Part shown: one piece after another, positions 49,728-59,561 of the stretch
Numbering within the stretch: position 1 is the stretch's first letter
Layout of the letters: every line of letters starts with the position of its first letter
DNA from: Candidatus Poribacteria bacterium
GTDB lineage: Bacteria > Poribacteria > WGA-4E > PCPOR2b
Assembly: GCA_965208675.1 (NCBI GenBank)
Contig: OZ242351.1
Coordinates: 288,001 to 352,000, forward strand
DNA length: 64,000 nt
Reading direction: 5' to 3'
Translations under genes and position numbers: made by a program
Notes under the pieces: model-generated
The model's database searches: none
Seen by the model: the letters and a program-made list of their open reading frames with translations, nothing else
Told to the model about the DNA's origin: nothing

Positions 49728-50897
49728 ATGGTTGTAAACGGAAAACATCTTCCTTATAACCGTAAGTTAAAGGTCGTAGTAATCGGCGCGGGAATAATCG
49801 GGGCGTCTATTGCCTACCGCCTTTCACGCCGCGAGGAAATTTCGGTGACCGTCCTAGAGAGCGGTAAGCCGGGTAACGGCGCGTCGGGCCATAGCTTTGC
49901 TTGGTTGAACGCCTTCCGCAAAGAACCCGAGTCCTATCACCATTTCAATCGGTTGTCAATGGACATCTGGCGCCGCTATGCTGAGGAACTACGCACGGAT
50001 GTCGGCCTGCACTGCCGCGGAATGTTGCGTTGGGAAAACACCGGCGAGGGGGCGAAGGTACTAAACGAACGCGTCAAGCAGTTACAGGAGCGCGGTTATC
50101 CTTGCCGGCTGATTTCGGTCGAGGAAATGCGCCAACTTGAACCGGGAATTTCTCCGGGGACGGTGAGTGCCGTTTCGTTATCCGAAATTGATGGAATTGT
50201 GGAACCGCTCAAAGTTACCGACGCCTGCTTGCAACGGGCAGAGGAGCGAGGCGCCGAATTGCGTACCCAAACCCCGGTCACCGGCCTGCGCTTAGGAAAA
50301 AAAGGCGGCAAGTCTGAATGTGTGGAGGGAGTAAACACGCCGAACGGGGAGATTGACTGCGATATACTGGTGGCTGCCTGCGGTGTAGCCACGACGGCAC
50401 TCGCAGCCATGGCGGGCGTGCATGTTCCGCAGGAGTATAGCCCGGGTGTGGTGATACGGACTGATCCACGCCCAGCGCTGCTGCATAGCGTTTCCGTGTT
50501 ACACACGCCGGCTTCGGAAAAAGATGAATCGGAGATTCATCTGCGGCAAGCCGCCGATGGAACGGTAATAATGGGCGAAGGTTCGCAGGAGAGTTTGCAC
50601 CGGGACGACTCTCAAGGGCATGCTGATGCGCTATTACGGCGTGCAACAAAATACCTGCCAACGCTAAACGGCGCACGGGCTATTCCGGTGCCTCTGGGTC
50701 ATCGTCCGATGCCTATTGACGGTTTGCCAACCCTAGGTTTCGCGGCGGAAGTGCCGAATATGTATATCGCCGTGATGCACAGCGGAGTTACGTTAGCCCC
50801 CCTTGTGAGCGAGCTAGCGGCGATGGAAATCGTTGACAGGGCAGGTGTTGAAATGCTCGCTCCGTACCGCCCGGAGCGATTCCGATTGAAAAAATGA
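49728..50897 (+). CDS. FAD-dependent oxidoreductase (DAO/glycine oxidase-like)
   Basis: VIGAGIIGASIAY; RPMPIDGLP; HSGVTLAP. Confidence 0.88.
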   Translation: MVVNGKHLPYNRKLKVVVIGAGIIGASIAYRLSRREEISVTVLESGKPGNGASGHSFAWLNAFRKEPESYHHFNRLSMDIWRRYAEELRTDVGLHCRGMLRWENTGEGAKVLNERVKQLQERGYPCRLISVEEMRQLEPGISPGTVSAVSLSEIDGIVEPLKVTDACLQRAEERGAELRTQTPVTGLRLGKKGGKSECVEGVNTPNGEIDCDILVAACGVATTALAAMAGVHVPQEYSPGVVIRTDPRPALLHSVSVLHTPASEKDESEIHLRQAADGTVIMGEGSQESLHRDDSQGHADALLRRATKYLPTLNGARAIPVPLGHRPMPIDGLPTLGFAAEVPNMYIAVMHSGVTLAPLVSELAAMEIVDRAGVEMLAPYRPERFRLKK

Positions 50898-50966
50898 GCA
50901 GATTTATAGGTTGGGTATAGCTAAGGACCTACCGAATCGGGAGGACGGTGGTCTTCACGAACGTCT

Positions 50967-51275
50967 CTGTAGGAACGGCTTCCTAGTCGCGATAATCAAC
51001 GTCAATCGTCCGTGCATGAGCGGATCAAGCGACCGAATAGCGGGCGCGATAGCATCAAATACCGCTACCGTAAGAATAATCGCGGCTAGGGAGCCGCTTC
51101 TACAAGGTTAGTCAATAATAAATGGTTGACGCTAGGAAGCCGTTCGTAAAGGGAGGGGCGAAAGGGTTAATACCTGTAGGAGGGAAATCCTTTTCCCAAT
51201 TTTGGAAAAAGTCAACGCTGGGAAGCCTTTCCTACGGGGATAGTAAAAAGTCGCGGCTGGAAAGCCGCTCCTACG
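50967..51275. repeat. GTAG-family REP/REPIN cluster (left copy)
   Basis: CTGTAGGAACGGCTTCCTAGTCGCGA ... TCGCGGCTAGGGAGCCGCTTCTACA inverted pair plus additional TCGCGGCTGGAAAGCCGCTCCTAC halves. Confidence 0.8.
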
Positions 51276-51297
51276 GAAAAAAGGAGAAAGGGACGCA

Positions 51298-52365
51298 ATG
51301 AGCCAAAAATCGGTCGAACTGCTAATGGAACTGACCCACGCCGACGCCATTCCTGGGCACGAGGAGGAGGTCAGGCGAATTTTCCAATCCCGGTTGGAAG
51401 GGGTTGGAGAAATCCAAAGAGATCGATTGGGCAGTATTTTTTGCACCAAGAGAGGCAGCGCAGATGAACCGCGAGTTTTGGTCGATTCGCACATGGACGA
51501 AGTTGGATTCATGGTGCAGAATGTTACGGCGACGGGATATGTCAAATTTCTTCCAGTCGGCGGATGGTGGGCGCATACACTGCTTGCACAGCGGGTCAAC
51601 ATTTTGACGAAAAAGGGTAAGGTCCCCGGCGTGATTGGGTCAACTCCGCCGCATCTCCTAAGCGACAATTCGCGAGATGTGGTGATGGCTATTAAAGACC
51701 TTTACATTGATATCGGGGCGGACAATTCTGTTCAGGCGGCGGAAGATTTTGGCGTGAAGCCCGGTTGCCCAATTGCGCCGTTCGGACCGTTCATGCAGAT
51801 GAAAAACCCGAAGCTGTTTTCCGCGAAGGCGTTCGATAATCGGGTCGGTGTGGGATTGGTAATAGAATCCCTTCAACAGCTAAGCAATCACCCAAATACG
51901 GTCATCGCTGCCGGATGTGTGCAGGAAGAGGTCGGGCTGCGCGGCGCACGGACAGTAGCGGCTGCAGTGAAGCCTGATGTAGCAATCGTGATGGAAGGGC
52001 CGCCTGCAGACGATTTGCCGGATATTAGCAGCGATACGTTGCAAGGCAAGCTGGGCGGGGGTGTGCAGATTCGGTTGTATGATCCCACAATGATCGCCAA
52101 TCCGCAATTAGCGGAATTTGTAATTGACACTGCGGCCGCGCACCAGATACCGTATCAGATTGCTGTGCGTACCTCCGGAGGCACGGATGCCGGGGCCATC
52201 CATCAGGTCGGGCGCGGTGTGCCAGCAATCGTGCTAGGCGTACCAGCCCGTTATGTCCACAGCCATGTGTCTGTCATAAACATAGACGATTACCGTGCGG
52301 CATTAGACCTGCTGTTGTGTCTGATTCCTCAACTCGATACGTCAGTCGTTGATAGTCTGGTATAA
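51298..52365 (+). CDS. M42 family metallo-aminopeptidase (TET-like)
   Basis: SHMDEVG; KAFDNR; QEEVGLRGA; GGTDAG; HS; AAGGAG RBS. Confidence 0.93.
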   Translation: MSQKSVELLMELTHADAIPGHEEEVRRIFQSRLEGVGEIQRDRLGSIFCTKRGSADEPRVLVDSHMDEVGFMVQNVTATGYVKFLPVGGWWAHTLLAQRVNILTKKGKVPGVIGSTPPHLLSDNSRDVVMAIKDLYIDIGADNSVQAAEDFGVKPGCPIAPFGPFMQMKNPKLFSAKAFDNRVGVGLVIESLQQLSNHPNTVIAAGCVQEEVGLRGARTVAAAVKPDVAIVMEGPPADDLPDISSDTLQGKLGGGVQIRLYDPTMIANPQLAEFVIDTAAAHQIPYQIAVRTSGGTDAGAIHQVGRGVPAIVLGVPARYVHSHVSVINIDDYRAALDLLLCLIPQLDTSVVDSLV

Positions 52366-52380
52366 AAATTTGAGGTAGCA

Positions 52381-52425
52381 AGTAATGAGTAATGGGTAAT
52401 GAGTAAAGCGTAATGCGTAATGAGT
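52381..52425 (+). repeat. Heptamer tandem repeat (NGTAATG) x6
   Basis: AGTAATG AGTAATG GGTAATG AGTAAAG CGTAATG CGTAATG AGT. Confidence 0.8.
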
Positions 52426-52429
52426 TTGT

Positions 52430-52755
52430 GTAGGTTGGGTTTGGCGAGCGTGTTCAACGCCGCCCCAATCATTCCTTTACCTGTAGGAGCGGCTTCCCAG
52501 CCGCGATAATCAACCTCAATCGTCCGTGTATGAGCGGGTCAAGCGACTGAATAGCGAGCGCGATAGCATCAAATACGGCTACCGTAAGAATAATCGCGGC
52601 TGGGAAGCCGCTCCCACAGGGTTAGTCAATAATAAATGGTCGCGGCTGGGAAGCCGCTCCTACGGGGAAGGGAATAATCGAGGCTAGGAAGCCGCTCCTA
52701 CAGGTACATACAGGAATTATCGAGATTTGTTCAGTTGATCTGAACCCAACCTGTA
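52430..52755. repeat. GTAG-family REP/REPIN cluster (right copy) nested in a GTAGGTTGGGT / ACCCAACCT pair
   Basis: GTAGGAGCGGCTTCCCAGCCGCGA at 52483 with three inverted copies downstream; outer GTAGGTTGGGTT (52430) and AACCCAACCT (52743). Confidence 0.82.
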
Positions 52756-52759
52756 AATG

Positions 52760-54589
52760 CTATTTCATGATAAGCATTTTCCGCGCTGCGAAATGGGTGC
52801 CTGCGGATAGGTGATAGTGATACACACCGCTTGCGACCCGTTCGCCCAATTCGTTGCGTCCGTCCCAGTAGGCGGCGCGTGACCGATGTTGATAAAAGCC
52901 TGCAGATTGGAATCCGAGCGAAAGCGTCCGAATCTGCCCGCCGTTCGCGTCATAAATTGACACGGTTACCGGTGCAGCTTCGGAAAGGTGGTACGGTATC
53001 CATGTTTCGGGGTTGAACGGATTGGGATAGTTCTGCAGTAGAAGCGTTCGTTCGGGCGTTCCGACGCTGTCAAGCCTAACCTGTAAAACCGCGTTTATAA
53101 GTGCGTCGGGTGTTACTGTGAAATCGAACATTTCTGAGGCAATCGCCCCGGTAGTGTCGGTCACGGTAACCGCTAAGGTATCACCAACTTGTGCAATGTT
53201 GCGGCGCGAAACATTGGCGGTCGCTGCGGCGAAGTACCCATTTCGCACTTCGCCTGTCATGGTATCCCCGGTGTCCAAGTTTTGCACAGAGACTAGGTAA
53301 CCATCGTGGTTTCGCTCGCCCTCTAAGTGTCCGCTGATAACAAATGCCCAAACACCTGGAATCGTTGCCGCGCTAGGCGCCGCAACAATTGGCGGTTGAT
53401 TCCTCCACGCAGCGCCAACAAATGAGACCTCCCGTGGCTGCAAGAGGTTGACGATGTAACCTTTCCAGCCTTCAATTGAAAATCCGTCGTCTGGTGCGTC
53501 CGGTGTCCAGCCGACAAAGCTCTGATTCACCTCATCAAGGTCAATTACTATTGTCGCACCAACCATCTGCGCTAAGGAACGGGCGGTCATCGGTGTGGTC
53601 GGTTTAAGGGGAACTGAGAGCATGTTCAAACCTTGAGCCAGAGGTACATGAAAAACGTTACTATAATCTTCAACAGTCTCACCCGTAAGGGGTTTGGCAA
53701 TAAATCCGTACCTTCGTCCATCTTGAGCGTCGTAGTATCCAACCACCTGCCCCGCCTTGTCAATATCCCGCCCCACCGTGGTCACGCTGCCCGGGAATTT
53801 CAACTCCTTCATCGTGCCATCCTGGTGGCGGATGTAAGTGCGCTCTGAATTATCCAGCTCTTTGGCTCTGAACACGATGATACCGGCATCATTGATTGCA
53901 TTCACGAAAAGGTACTCTAAATTTGACAACATACCCGGAAAATTAAAAGTGATAAAGCTGCCATCCGCTTGGCGCAAATACCCGTGATATGCCCCATCGC
54001 CGTCGACGTAACTTCCAACTAGGATTCCGTCGGCGTTCATATCGTCGGCATAGGTTGTCATTGATCCGGGTACATCAAACAATTCCTCACCGACAAAACC
54101 GTGAATAGCACCATCAGCATCAAAAATGTCTCCAATTAGCAACCCCGATTCACTAACGCCAAAAATCTCCGTTTCGGCTGCACCCGGAAAATCGAATTTT
54201 TTCAATTCACCGTGCTGCACGATTACGCCGTGCGAGACCTCGTCCGCATCTTGATAGAAGCCGACAGCCACGCCAGCGTTATTGAGTCCGTAAAAGCCAA
54301 AAGTGCGGGAGTTGGGGACGTTATAGGTGGCATAAACTCCGTCGATCAGCGTAAAACCGACCATTTTTTCACCATCAGGGCTGCGGGTGTTGCCTGCGAA
54401 ATGTCCGATGTCATTGGTTGACGTCAACTCCAGAAATTCGACGCCGGGCACCTCAATAGTCTCAAATACATAGTCTAAGGTAGGTTCAGTTGCCTCAGAC
54501 TGCGCCCAAAGTAGTGCGGCGCCATTTACCGATACAATAGTGAGGAAGATGGTCGTGAGAAGGGCAAATCGAAAAACGAGTATTTTCAT
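52760..54589 (-). CDS. Secreted repeat protein with C-terminal NYPNPFN/FlgD-Ig (T9SS-CTD-like) domain
   Basis: Signal peptide; five to six F.(V/F)PG...(I/M)N..G..VG repeats; TLLLQNYPNPFNPETWIPY...WDGRNELGERVASGVY...RKMLIMK. Confidence 0.82.
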   Translation of the reverse strand: MKILVFRFALLTTIFLTIVSVNGAALLWAQSEATEPTLDYVFETIEVPGVEFLELTSTNDIGHFAGNTRSPDGEKMVGFTLIDGVYATYNVPNSRTFGFYGLNNAGVAVGFYQDADEVSHGVIVQHGELKKFDFPGAAETEIFGVSESGLLIGDIFDADGAIHGFVGEELFDVPGSMTTYADDMNADGILVGSYVDGDGAYHGYLRQADGSFITFNFPGMLSNLEYLFVNAINDAGIIVFRAKELDNSERTYIRHQDGTMKELKFPGSVTTVGRDIDKAGQVVGYYDAQDGRRYGFIAKPLTGETVEDYSNVFHVPLAQGLNMLSVPLKPTTPMTARSLAQMVGATIVIDLDEVNQSFVGWTPDAPDDGFSIEGWKGYIVNLLQPREVSFVGAAWRNQPPIVAAPSAATIPGVWAFVISGHLEGERNHDGYLVSVQNLDTGDTMTGEVRNGYFAAATANVSRRNIAQVGDTLAVTVTDTTGAIASEMFDFTVTPDALINAVLQVRLDSVGTPERTLLLQNYPNPFNPETWIPYHLSEAAPVTVSIYDANGGQIRTLSLGFQSAGFYQHRSRAAYWDGRNELGERVASGVYHYHLSAGTHFAARKMLIMK

Positions 54590-55000
54590 ACGTGTGGGTC
54601 TCCTTGGTTGAGTGGATTAGTGCCGGTTTGCGCGAGAAATTGATGACCAATCAGTTAATTGTTGTGTGATTAATTTGAAGGACAAGTCGCTTTATCGCTG
54701 CGTATTCAATGGTAAGCGATGCATTCGTTTTAGCGTAGCCTTAAAATGCTCTAATCGAGTGTTCAAGAGGTGGCGTTCGTTGCAACTGTCGTCAAAGCGA
54801 TTCCAATGCCTTCACCCTTCATTGAAGGTGCGGAATGGGCAGCGTACGTGCCGAGGAATCATCTGTTTTATCATGGAAGGGTAAAACTAACTTGACGTTT
54901 ATTTCCGTCCAAGGATTGCATGAGGGTTGCGTCCGCGTGTCGACCTAACTGGCGTGTGAACATGTGCACTCTGTATCAATACAAAATACCGTCCTGCGAT

Positions 55001-56446
55001 TCATTCCCCAACCAAGCGTTGCATTAACACCTTGCGTGTTATGGGTTGAGCGAAATCCATTAGGTATATTTGGAAGACATCGCTTCGATCCGAAACAAAC
55101 GCGAGTTTTGTACCGTCTGGCGAGAGCGAGGGCTGCATGGAGACGCCGATGCCGTTTGTAATTCGCCGCTCGTTCGTTCCATCGGCGTCCATCATGTAAA
55201 TCTCCATATCCCCGTCCCGTGCTGACACAAAGACAATCGTTCTACCGTCTGCCGACACGACGGGGCTATAACAGTCGTAAGGATTTGGGTTAAGACGCAT
55301 TTCGCCGCTTCCATCTAAGTGTATTGTGTAAATCTGGTGCACTCTTTCTCGCCAGTGACCTCGTGAAGATACAAATGCAAGCCGCTCGCCGTCGGGAAAG
55401 AAACTCGGGCTGCCGTCGTCCACTTCGTTATGCGTTACCGGACTCGGTTCAATCGCGTCTGAATCCATGGATTCAAGGTCTATACCCCTAAGGTCTAGTG
55501 AGTACAGTTCCAGATTGCCCTCGCGGTTGGATTCGTAAACCACTCGCCGCCCGTCCGCCGATACACACGGTGCACGGACACCAAAGCCCACAGGCAACAG
55601 TTCCCGTGTCACTTTGCTGAAAATATGAGTCACAGAAAACCCGGCATACGTCTTCGTTGAACCGCTGCTTTGGAGCAAGAGTTTTACCTCTCGCGTGGTT
55701 CTCGGTTCACGGCTGTAAAGAAGATAATGTGGATTACTGAGGAACACCGGAGAGCTCTCATTAAAGTCAGCCGTGTAAGTGACGCGCTGGAGGATACGGC
55801 CATTTAGGTTCATTACATAGATGTCGCCGTTATCCGCTCGATACGACGCAAACGCGATTTGCGAGCCATCGGGTGAAAAAGCGGGCGAATAGCTGTCTTT
55901 TTCTCCATTTGTGAGTTGTGACACTTTGTAGGAATCGCCCACCAACCGGCCGACTTCTTGTAATATCAAGTTGTCTGAGGTAGATTTCACAATTGCCCGC
56001 AACTCATTAATTTCCGATTCCCGATCGCCTAACTTGAGGTAGGTTTTTGCCAATCGTAGACGGGCTTGCACCCGCAGTTCCGGTTGCGCCGTATATAGAT
56101 TAATCGCTATTTTCCAGTGTGCAATTGCTTCATCGTACCGCCCTAATCCTTCATGAGCCGCTCCGAGCAGGTCGTGCACCCTAGGATTTCGCCTATCCCG
56201 GTCTACAGTAACTTCCAACAGTTCAATTGCTTCTGTGTACTTGCCCGACCGAATGTGTTCCTCAATGTGTTGAAGAGAATTATCCTCCCCTGCGCAGCCT
56301 ATGGCTACAACCATCAACGCGATCTGAAAGATTTTACATCTTATGTGTGATAAGTAATGTGTAGTATGGAATGCGATTTGGGTTGCTCGTAATCTGAGCA
56401 GTAGATTGTACATAAGGGTAATTAGGTGACTTTCAAGGCGTCGCAA
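55001..56446 (-). CDS. TPR plus TolB-like PD40 repeat putative lipoprotein
   Basis: VAIG-C lipobox; TPR helices; FSPDGSQIAF, FFPDGERLAF, LSPDGTKLAF. True start is likely downstream of 56446. Confidence 0.82.
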   Translation of the reverse strand: MRRLESHLITLMYNLLLRLRATQIAFHTTHYLSHIRCKIFQIALMVVAIGCAGEDNSLQHIEEHIRSGKYTEAIELLEVTVDRDRRNPRVHDLLGAAHEGLGRYDEAIAHWKIAINLYTAQPELRVQARLRLAKTYLKLGDRESEINELRAIVKSTSDNLILQEVGRLVGDSYKVSQLTNGEKDSYSPAFSPDGSQIAFASYRADNGDIYVMNLNGRILQRVTYTADFNESSPVFLSNPHYLLYSREPRTTREVKLLLQSSGSTKTYAGFSVTHIFSKVTRELLPVGFGVRAPCVSADGRRVVYESNREGNLELYSLDLRGIDLESMDSDAIEPSPVTHNEVDDGSPSFFPDGERLAFVSSRGHWRERVHQIYTIHLDGSGEMRLNPNPYDCYSPVVSADGRTIVFVSARDGDMEIYMMDADGTNERRITNGIGVSMQPSLSPDGTKLAFVSDRSDVFQIYLMDFAQPITRKVLMQRLVGE

Positions 56447-56607
56447 GGGACTTCTCGAATGCGAAATTCAATGAGACGCATTGGCGTTCATGGGGAAAGT
56501 CAACTAGCAATAAATGATGTGTAACCTAAGGTTCCAAGCCCGGTGGATAACGAAAATGCCGCTCAATCAACGCACCCATATCGGCGCCGAAGTAGTTCAA
56601 ATCTTGT

Positions 56608-57711
56608 TCATTTTATCCATCCGCCGCCGATTACGGTATCTCCGTCGTAGAACACCGCAGCTTGCCCCGGCGTGACTGCGCGGCGCGGCTGGTCAAACTT
56701 GACCTCAGCTTCTGTTTCGCTCAATGGGGTAATTTTTGCTGGCGCCCCCTCGTCCTTGGAACGAATTTTTACGTGAGCATGGATTGGCTCGGTTAAGGTA
56801 TCTGCTGCAATGAGATTCATCCGCTCCACCTGCAGCGTGTCCCGTAAAAGCGACGCTGCCTCACCGACAATAATGGTGTTGTCGCGAACATTCACTTCGG
56901 TGACATAGAGCGGTGTCCCGGTTGCAATACCTAATCCCCGGCGCTGTCCAACTGTGTAGAATGGCACCCCGATATGTTTGCCGAGCACTTTGCCTACTTG
57001 ATCAATAATGTCTCCATCCTGTATATTACCAGGTGTACGATCCTTTAGGAAGCGTCTATAATTCCCGTCCTCAATGAAGCACAACTCCTGACTCTCCATT
57101 TTTTCCGCACTTCGCAATTTGTATTTTCTCGCAATATCCCTCACCTGGTTTTTCGTGTACCCGCCGAGCGGCATGAGTGACTGACTCAACTGTTTCTGGG
57201 TCAAGGCAAACAAAAAATAAGATTGATCTTTCCGGATATCCACTCCCTTTCTGAGGATGTAGCGTCCGGTGTCGGGGTTCTGTTCAATTCTAGCATAATG
57301 CCCGGTAGCGATATAATCCGCCTCCAGATTCGCTGCAAGATTGAGGAGTTTTCCGAACTTCACCTCTCGATTACAAACCACACATGGATTCGGCGTCCGT
57401 CCAGAAAGGTATTCCTTGATGAAGTAATCAACCACATTTTGACGGAACTGCTCCTCATAATTCACCGCGTAGAAAGGTATACCCAACTTCATGGCAACAC
57501 GGCGTGCATCATCTATCACATCGGGAGAAATGCAATTTGGTTTATCGGTCTCAACGTCAATGGTATCTAGGGCGCCGAGTCGCATGGTTACGCCGATAAC
57601 GTCGAATCCGGCTTCAACCAGCAATGCTGCGGTCACAGAACTGTCAACGCCGCCGCTCATTGCTGTGACAATTCTCACTCTATCGGCAGAATCAGATTTG
57701 GGTTTTGACAT
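56608..57711 (-). CDS. mnmA: tRNA 2-thiouridine(34) synthase
   Basis: AMSGGVDSS; TPNPCVVCN; ATGHYA; KDQSYFL; YTVGQRRGLG; VTPGQ. Confidence 0.96.
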   Translation of the reverse strand: MSKPKSDSADRVRIVTAMSGGVDSSVTAALLVEAGFDVIGVTMRLGALDTIDVETDKPNCISPDVIDDARRVAMKLGIPFYAVNYEEQFRQNVVDYFIKEYLSGRTPNPCVVCNREVKFGKLLNLAANLEADYIATGHYARIEQNPDTGRYILRKGVDIRKDQSYFLFALTQKQLSQSLMPLGGYTKNQVRDIARKYKLRSAEKMESQELCFIEDGNYRRFLKDRTPGNIQDGDIIDQVGKVLGKHIGVPFYTVGQRRGLGIATGTPLYVTEVNVRDNTIIVGEAASLLRDTLQVERMNLIAADTLTEPIHAHVKIRSKDEGAPAKITPLSETEAEVKFDQPRRAVTPGQAAVFYDGDTVIGGGWIK

Positions 57712-57798
57712 AACAAACGCAAAGATTCAGAGGGGTTTTTGGAAGAGGTAGTTGAGAACTTAGCGTTACGATTGATGACGGTGAGTCAACTGCAATGT

Positions 57799-59529
57799 TC
57801 AACACGCCCCGCATTTTTTGCACACAACTGTATCGCACGAACTCGTCATGAATCCCTTCTGATGCTTGTTGTGTTCCAGTCGCAAGAATTCTGGCATGAC
57901 ATTTAGGTCGAGGTGGCCCCACGGATGGCGCTCGTCGATTAATCGAGGGCGTAGCGCATAGAAGTCAGGATCCAAGCTGTGATTTTTGAAAGCTTGTTTC
58001 CATGGTGTGCCTCTTGAGAGATCTAGTATCACCGGGCCAAGCCGTCGATCGCCGCGTGCAAAAACCGCCTCCTGATAAGCGAGCCGAGCGCTTGCTGACG
58101 ATACCTTCATTCCTCCCAAGCGCCCTATCTCAGTTTTCAGAAATGCCAGTTTTCGAGAGAGTGTTTTTGAATCTTCCATTGCTACCCACTGGAATGGGGT
58201 GTGCGGTTTGGGAACCATAGGGGAAATCGTAAAGCTAATTCGGGCCATTCGTCCACATCTTTTTGCATGAGGCAGCAAGATGGATCTCATCTCCTTTGCC
58301 ATGTCCACAATGGCTTCAACATCACGTACGGTTTCGTACGGTACGCCGATGAGGAAATAAAGGCGGAGATTTAGGATGTTTCGCTTTAATGCCTCCTCAA
58401 ACACGTGATACAGTCGTTCGCGCGGTATGGCTTTATTTACAACCTTTTGAAGATTATCGGTGGCGACTTCGGGCGCAATAGTGATTGTACCTTGTTCGCT
58501 TTCAGCAAGCGCGTCTAGCAATGGTGCCCGAACGGTTTCGGCCCGTAGCGACGCGCAAGAGATTCGAAACCCTCGATTTACCAAGCCCGTCGCTATTTCA
58601 TCAATCTGTGGATGATCTGAAATCGAGGCACCAACTAAGCCAATGCGGTTTGTGATGCCGCTTGCCTGCTCCGCAAGTCGTAACGTGTTTTCGACAGAGC
58701 GGTGTCGGGGCCAACGCCGCGCATAGTCAGCAACACAGAATCGGCATTGCCGTCCGCAGCCTCGCACAATCTCAATCAGATGGGCGTTGGAAAACTCTGT
58801 TTCAGGGGTGAAAATTTTGGTGCAAGTTTCAGCGTTATCAAGGTTGGATATGGCGGCGGCGGTTACTTTTTCGGAAGCAGGGGGTTTTGAATGGATGTTT
58901 TTGATTGTGCCATCACTCTTGTAGCTGACTTGGTAGAATCGGGGGACATAAATCCCAGGTTCGCTGGCAAGTGTGTGCAATAGGTCTGCTTTGGACGCTT
59001 TACTTGCTTTCCACTCCCCGAATCTATCCATTAGATGCTGGATCGAATTTTCAGCTTCACCGACCACGAAGACATCAATAAAATCTGTAATGGGTTCGGG
59101 ATTATAAGCGATATTAATGCCGCCCGCAATAATCAGTGGGTGGGTTTGAACTCTATCAATAGCAAGCGGTGGGATTTTGGAAGTCTCTAACGCGAGGGGA
59201 ATATTGACATAATCCGACTCAAATGAAACAGAAAAACCAACCAGATCAAATTCGTTCAATCGAGTCTGGGTTTCAAAAGAAAAGAGGGAAGTCCCGCTCC
59301 GTTTGAGTTGATGGAGGGTTTGTGCTTCGGGAATGAATGCCCGCTCACAAGCGGTGTCTTCCCGGTGGTTCAATGTGTCGTAAATTACTTGCACCCCAAG
59401 ACTGGACATCCCGAGGTAATACGTGCTGGGATAGACCAACGCGAACCGCACCGGCTTTCGGTAATTGAAGCGCGGACGATGCTCACTATCCAGCAAATTC
59501 CTGTACGTTTGGCGCAAGTCGTGTCGCAT
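57799..59529 (-). CDS. B12-binding-like / radical SAM protein (YgiQ/TIGR03960-like)
   Basis: YPSTYYLGMSSLG; EIVRGCGRQCRFC; PKPHTPFQW; C-terminal CKKCGAC. Confidence 0.85.
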   Translation of the reverse strand: MRHDLRQTYRNLLDSEHRPRFNYRKPVRFALVYPSTYYLGMSSLGVQVIYDTLNHREDTACERAFIPEAQTLHQLKRSGTSLFSFETQTRLNEFDLVGFSVSFESDYVNIPLALETSKIPPLAIDRVQTHPLIIAGGINIAYNPEPITDFIDVFVVGEAENSIQHLMDRFGEWKASKASKADLLHTLASEPGIYVPRFYQVSYKSDGTIKNIHSKPPASEKVTAAAISNLDNAETCTKIFTPETEFSNAHLIEIVRGCGRQCRFCVADYARRWPRHRSVENTLRLAEQASGITNRIGLVGASISDHPQIDEIATGLVNRGFRISCASLRAETVRAPLLDALAESEQGTITIAPEVATDNLQKVVNKAIPRERLYHVFEEALKRNILNLRLYFLIGVPYETVRDVEAIVDMAKEMRSILLPHAKRCGRMARISFTISPMVPKPHTPFQWVAMEDSKTLSRKLAFLKTEIGRLGGMKVSSASARLAYQEAVFARGDRRLGPVILDLSRGTPWKQAFKNHSLDPDFYALRPRLIDERHPWGHLDLNVMPEFLRLEHNKHQKGFMTSSCDTVVCKKCGAC

Positions 59530-59561
59530 GCTAATTGCAGGTACTCAACGTTAATATTCTC

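Noticed and set aside
50900-52760. CRISPR array
   Set aside because: The repeats are palindromic, in mixed orientation and irregularly spaced, the spacers are themselves duplicated, and no cas genes are present; this fits REP/REPIN.
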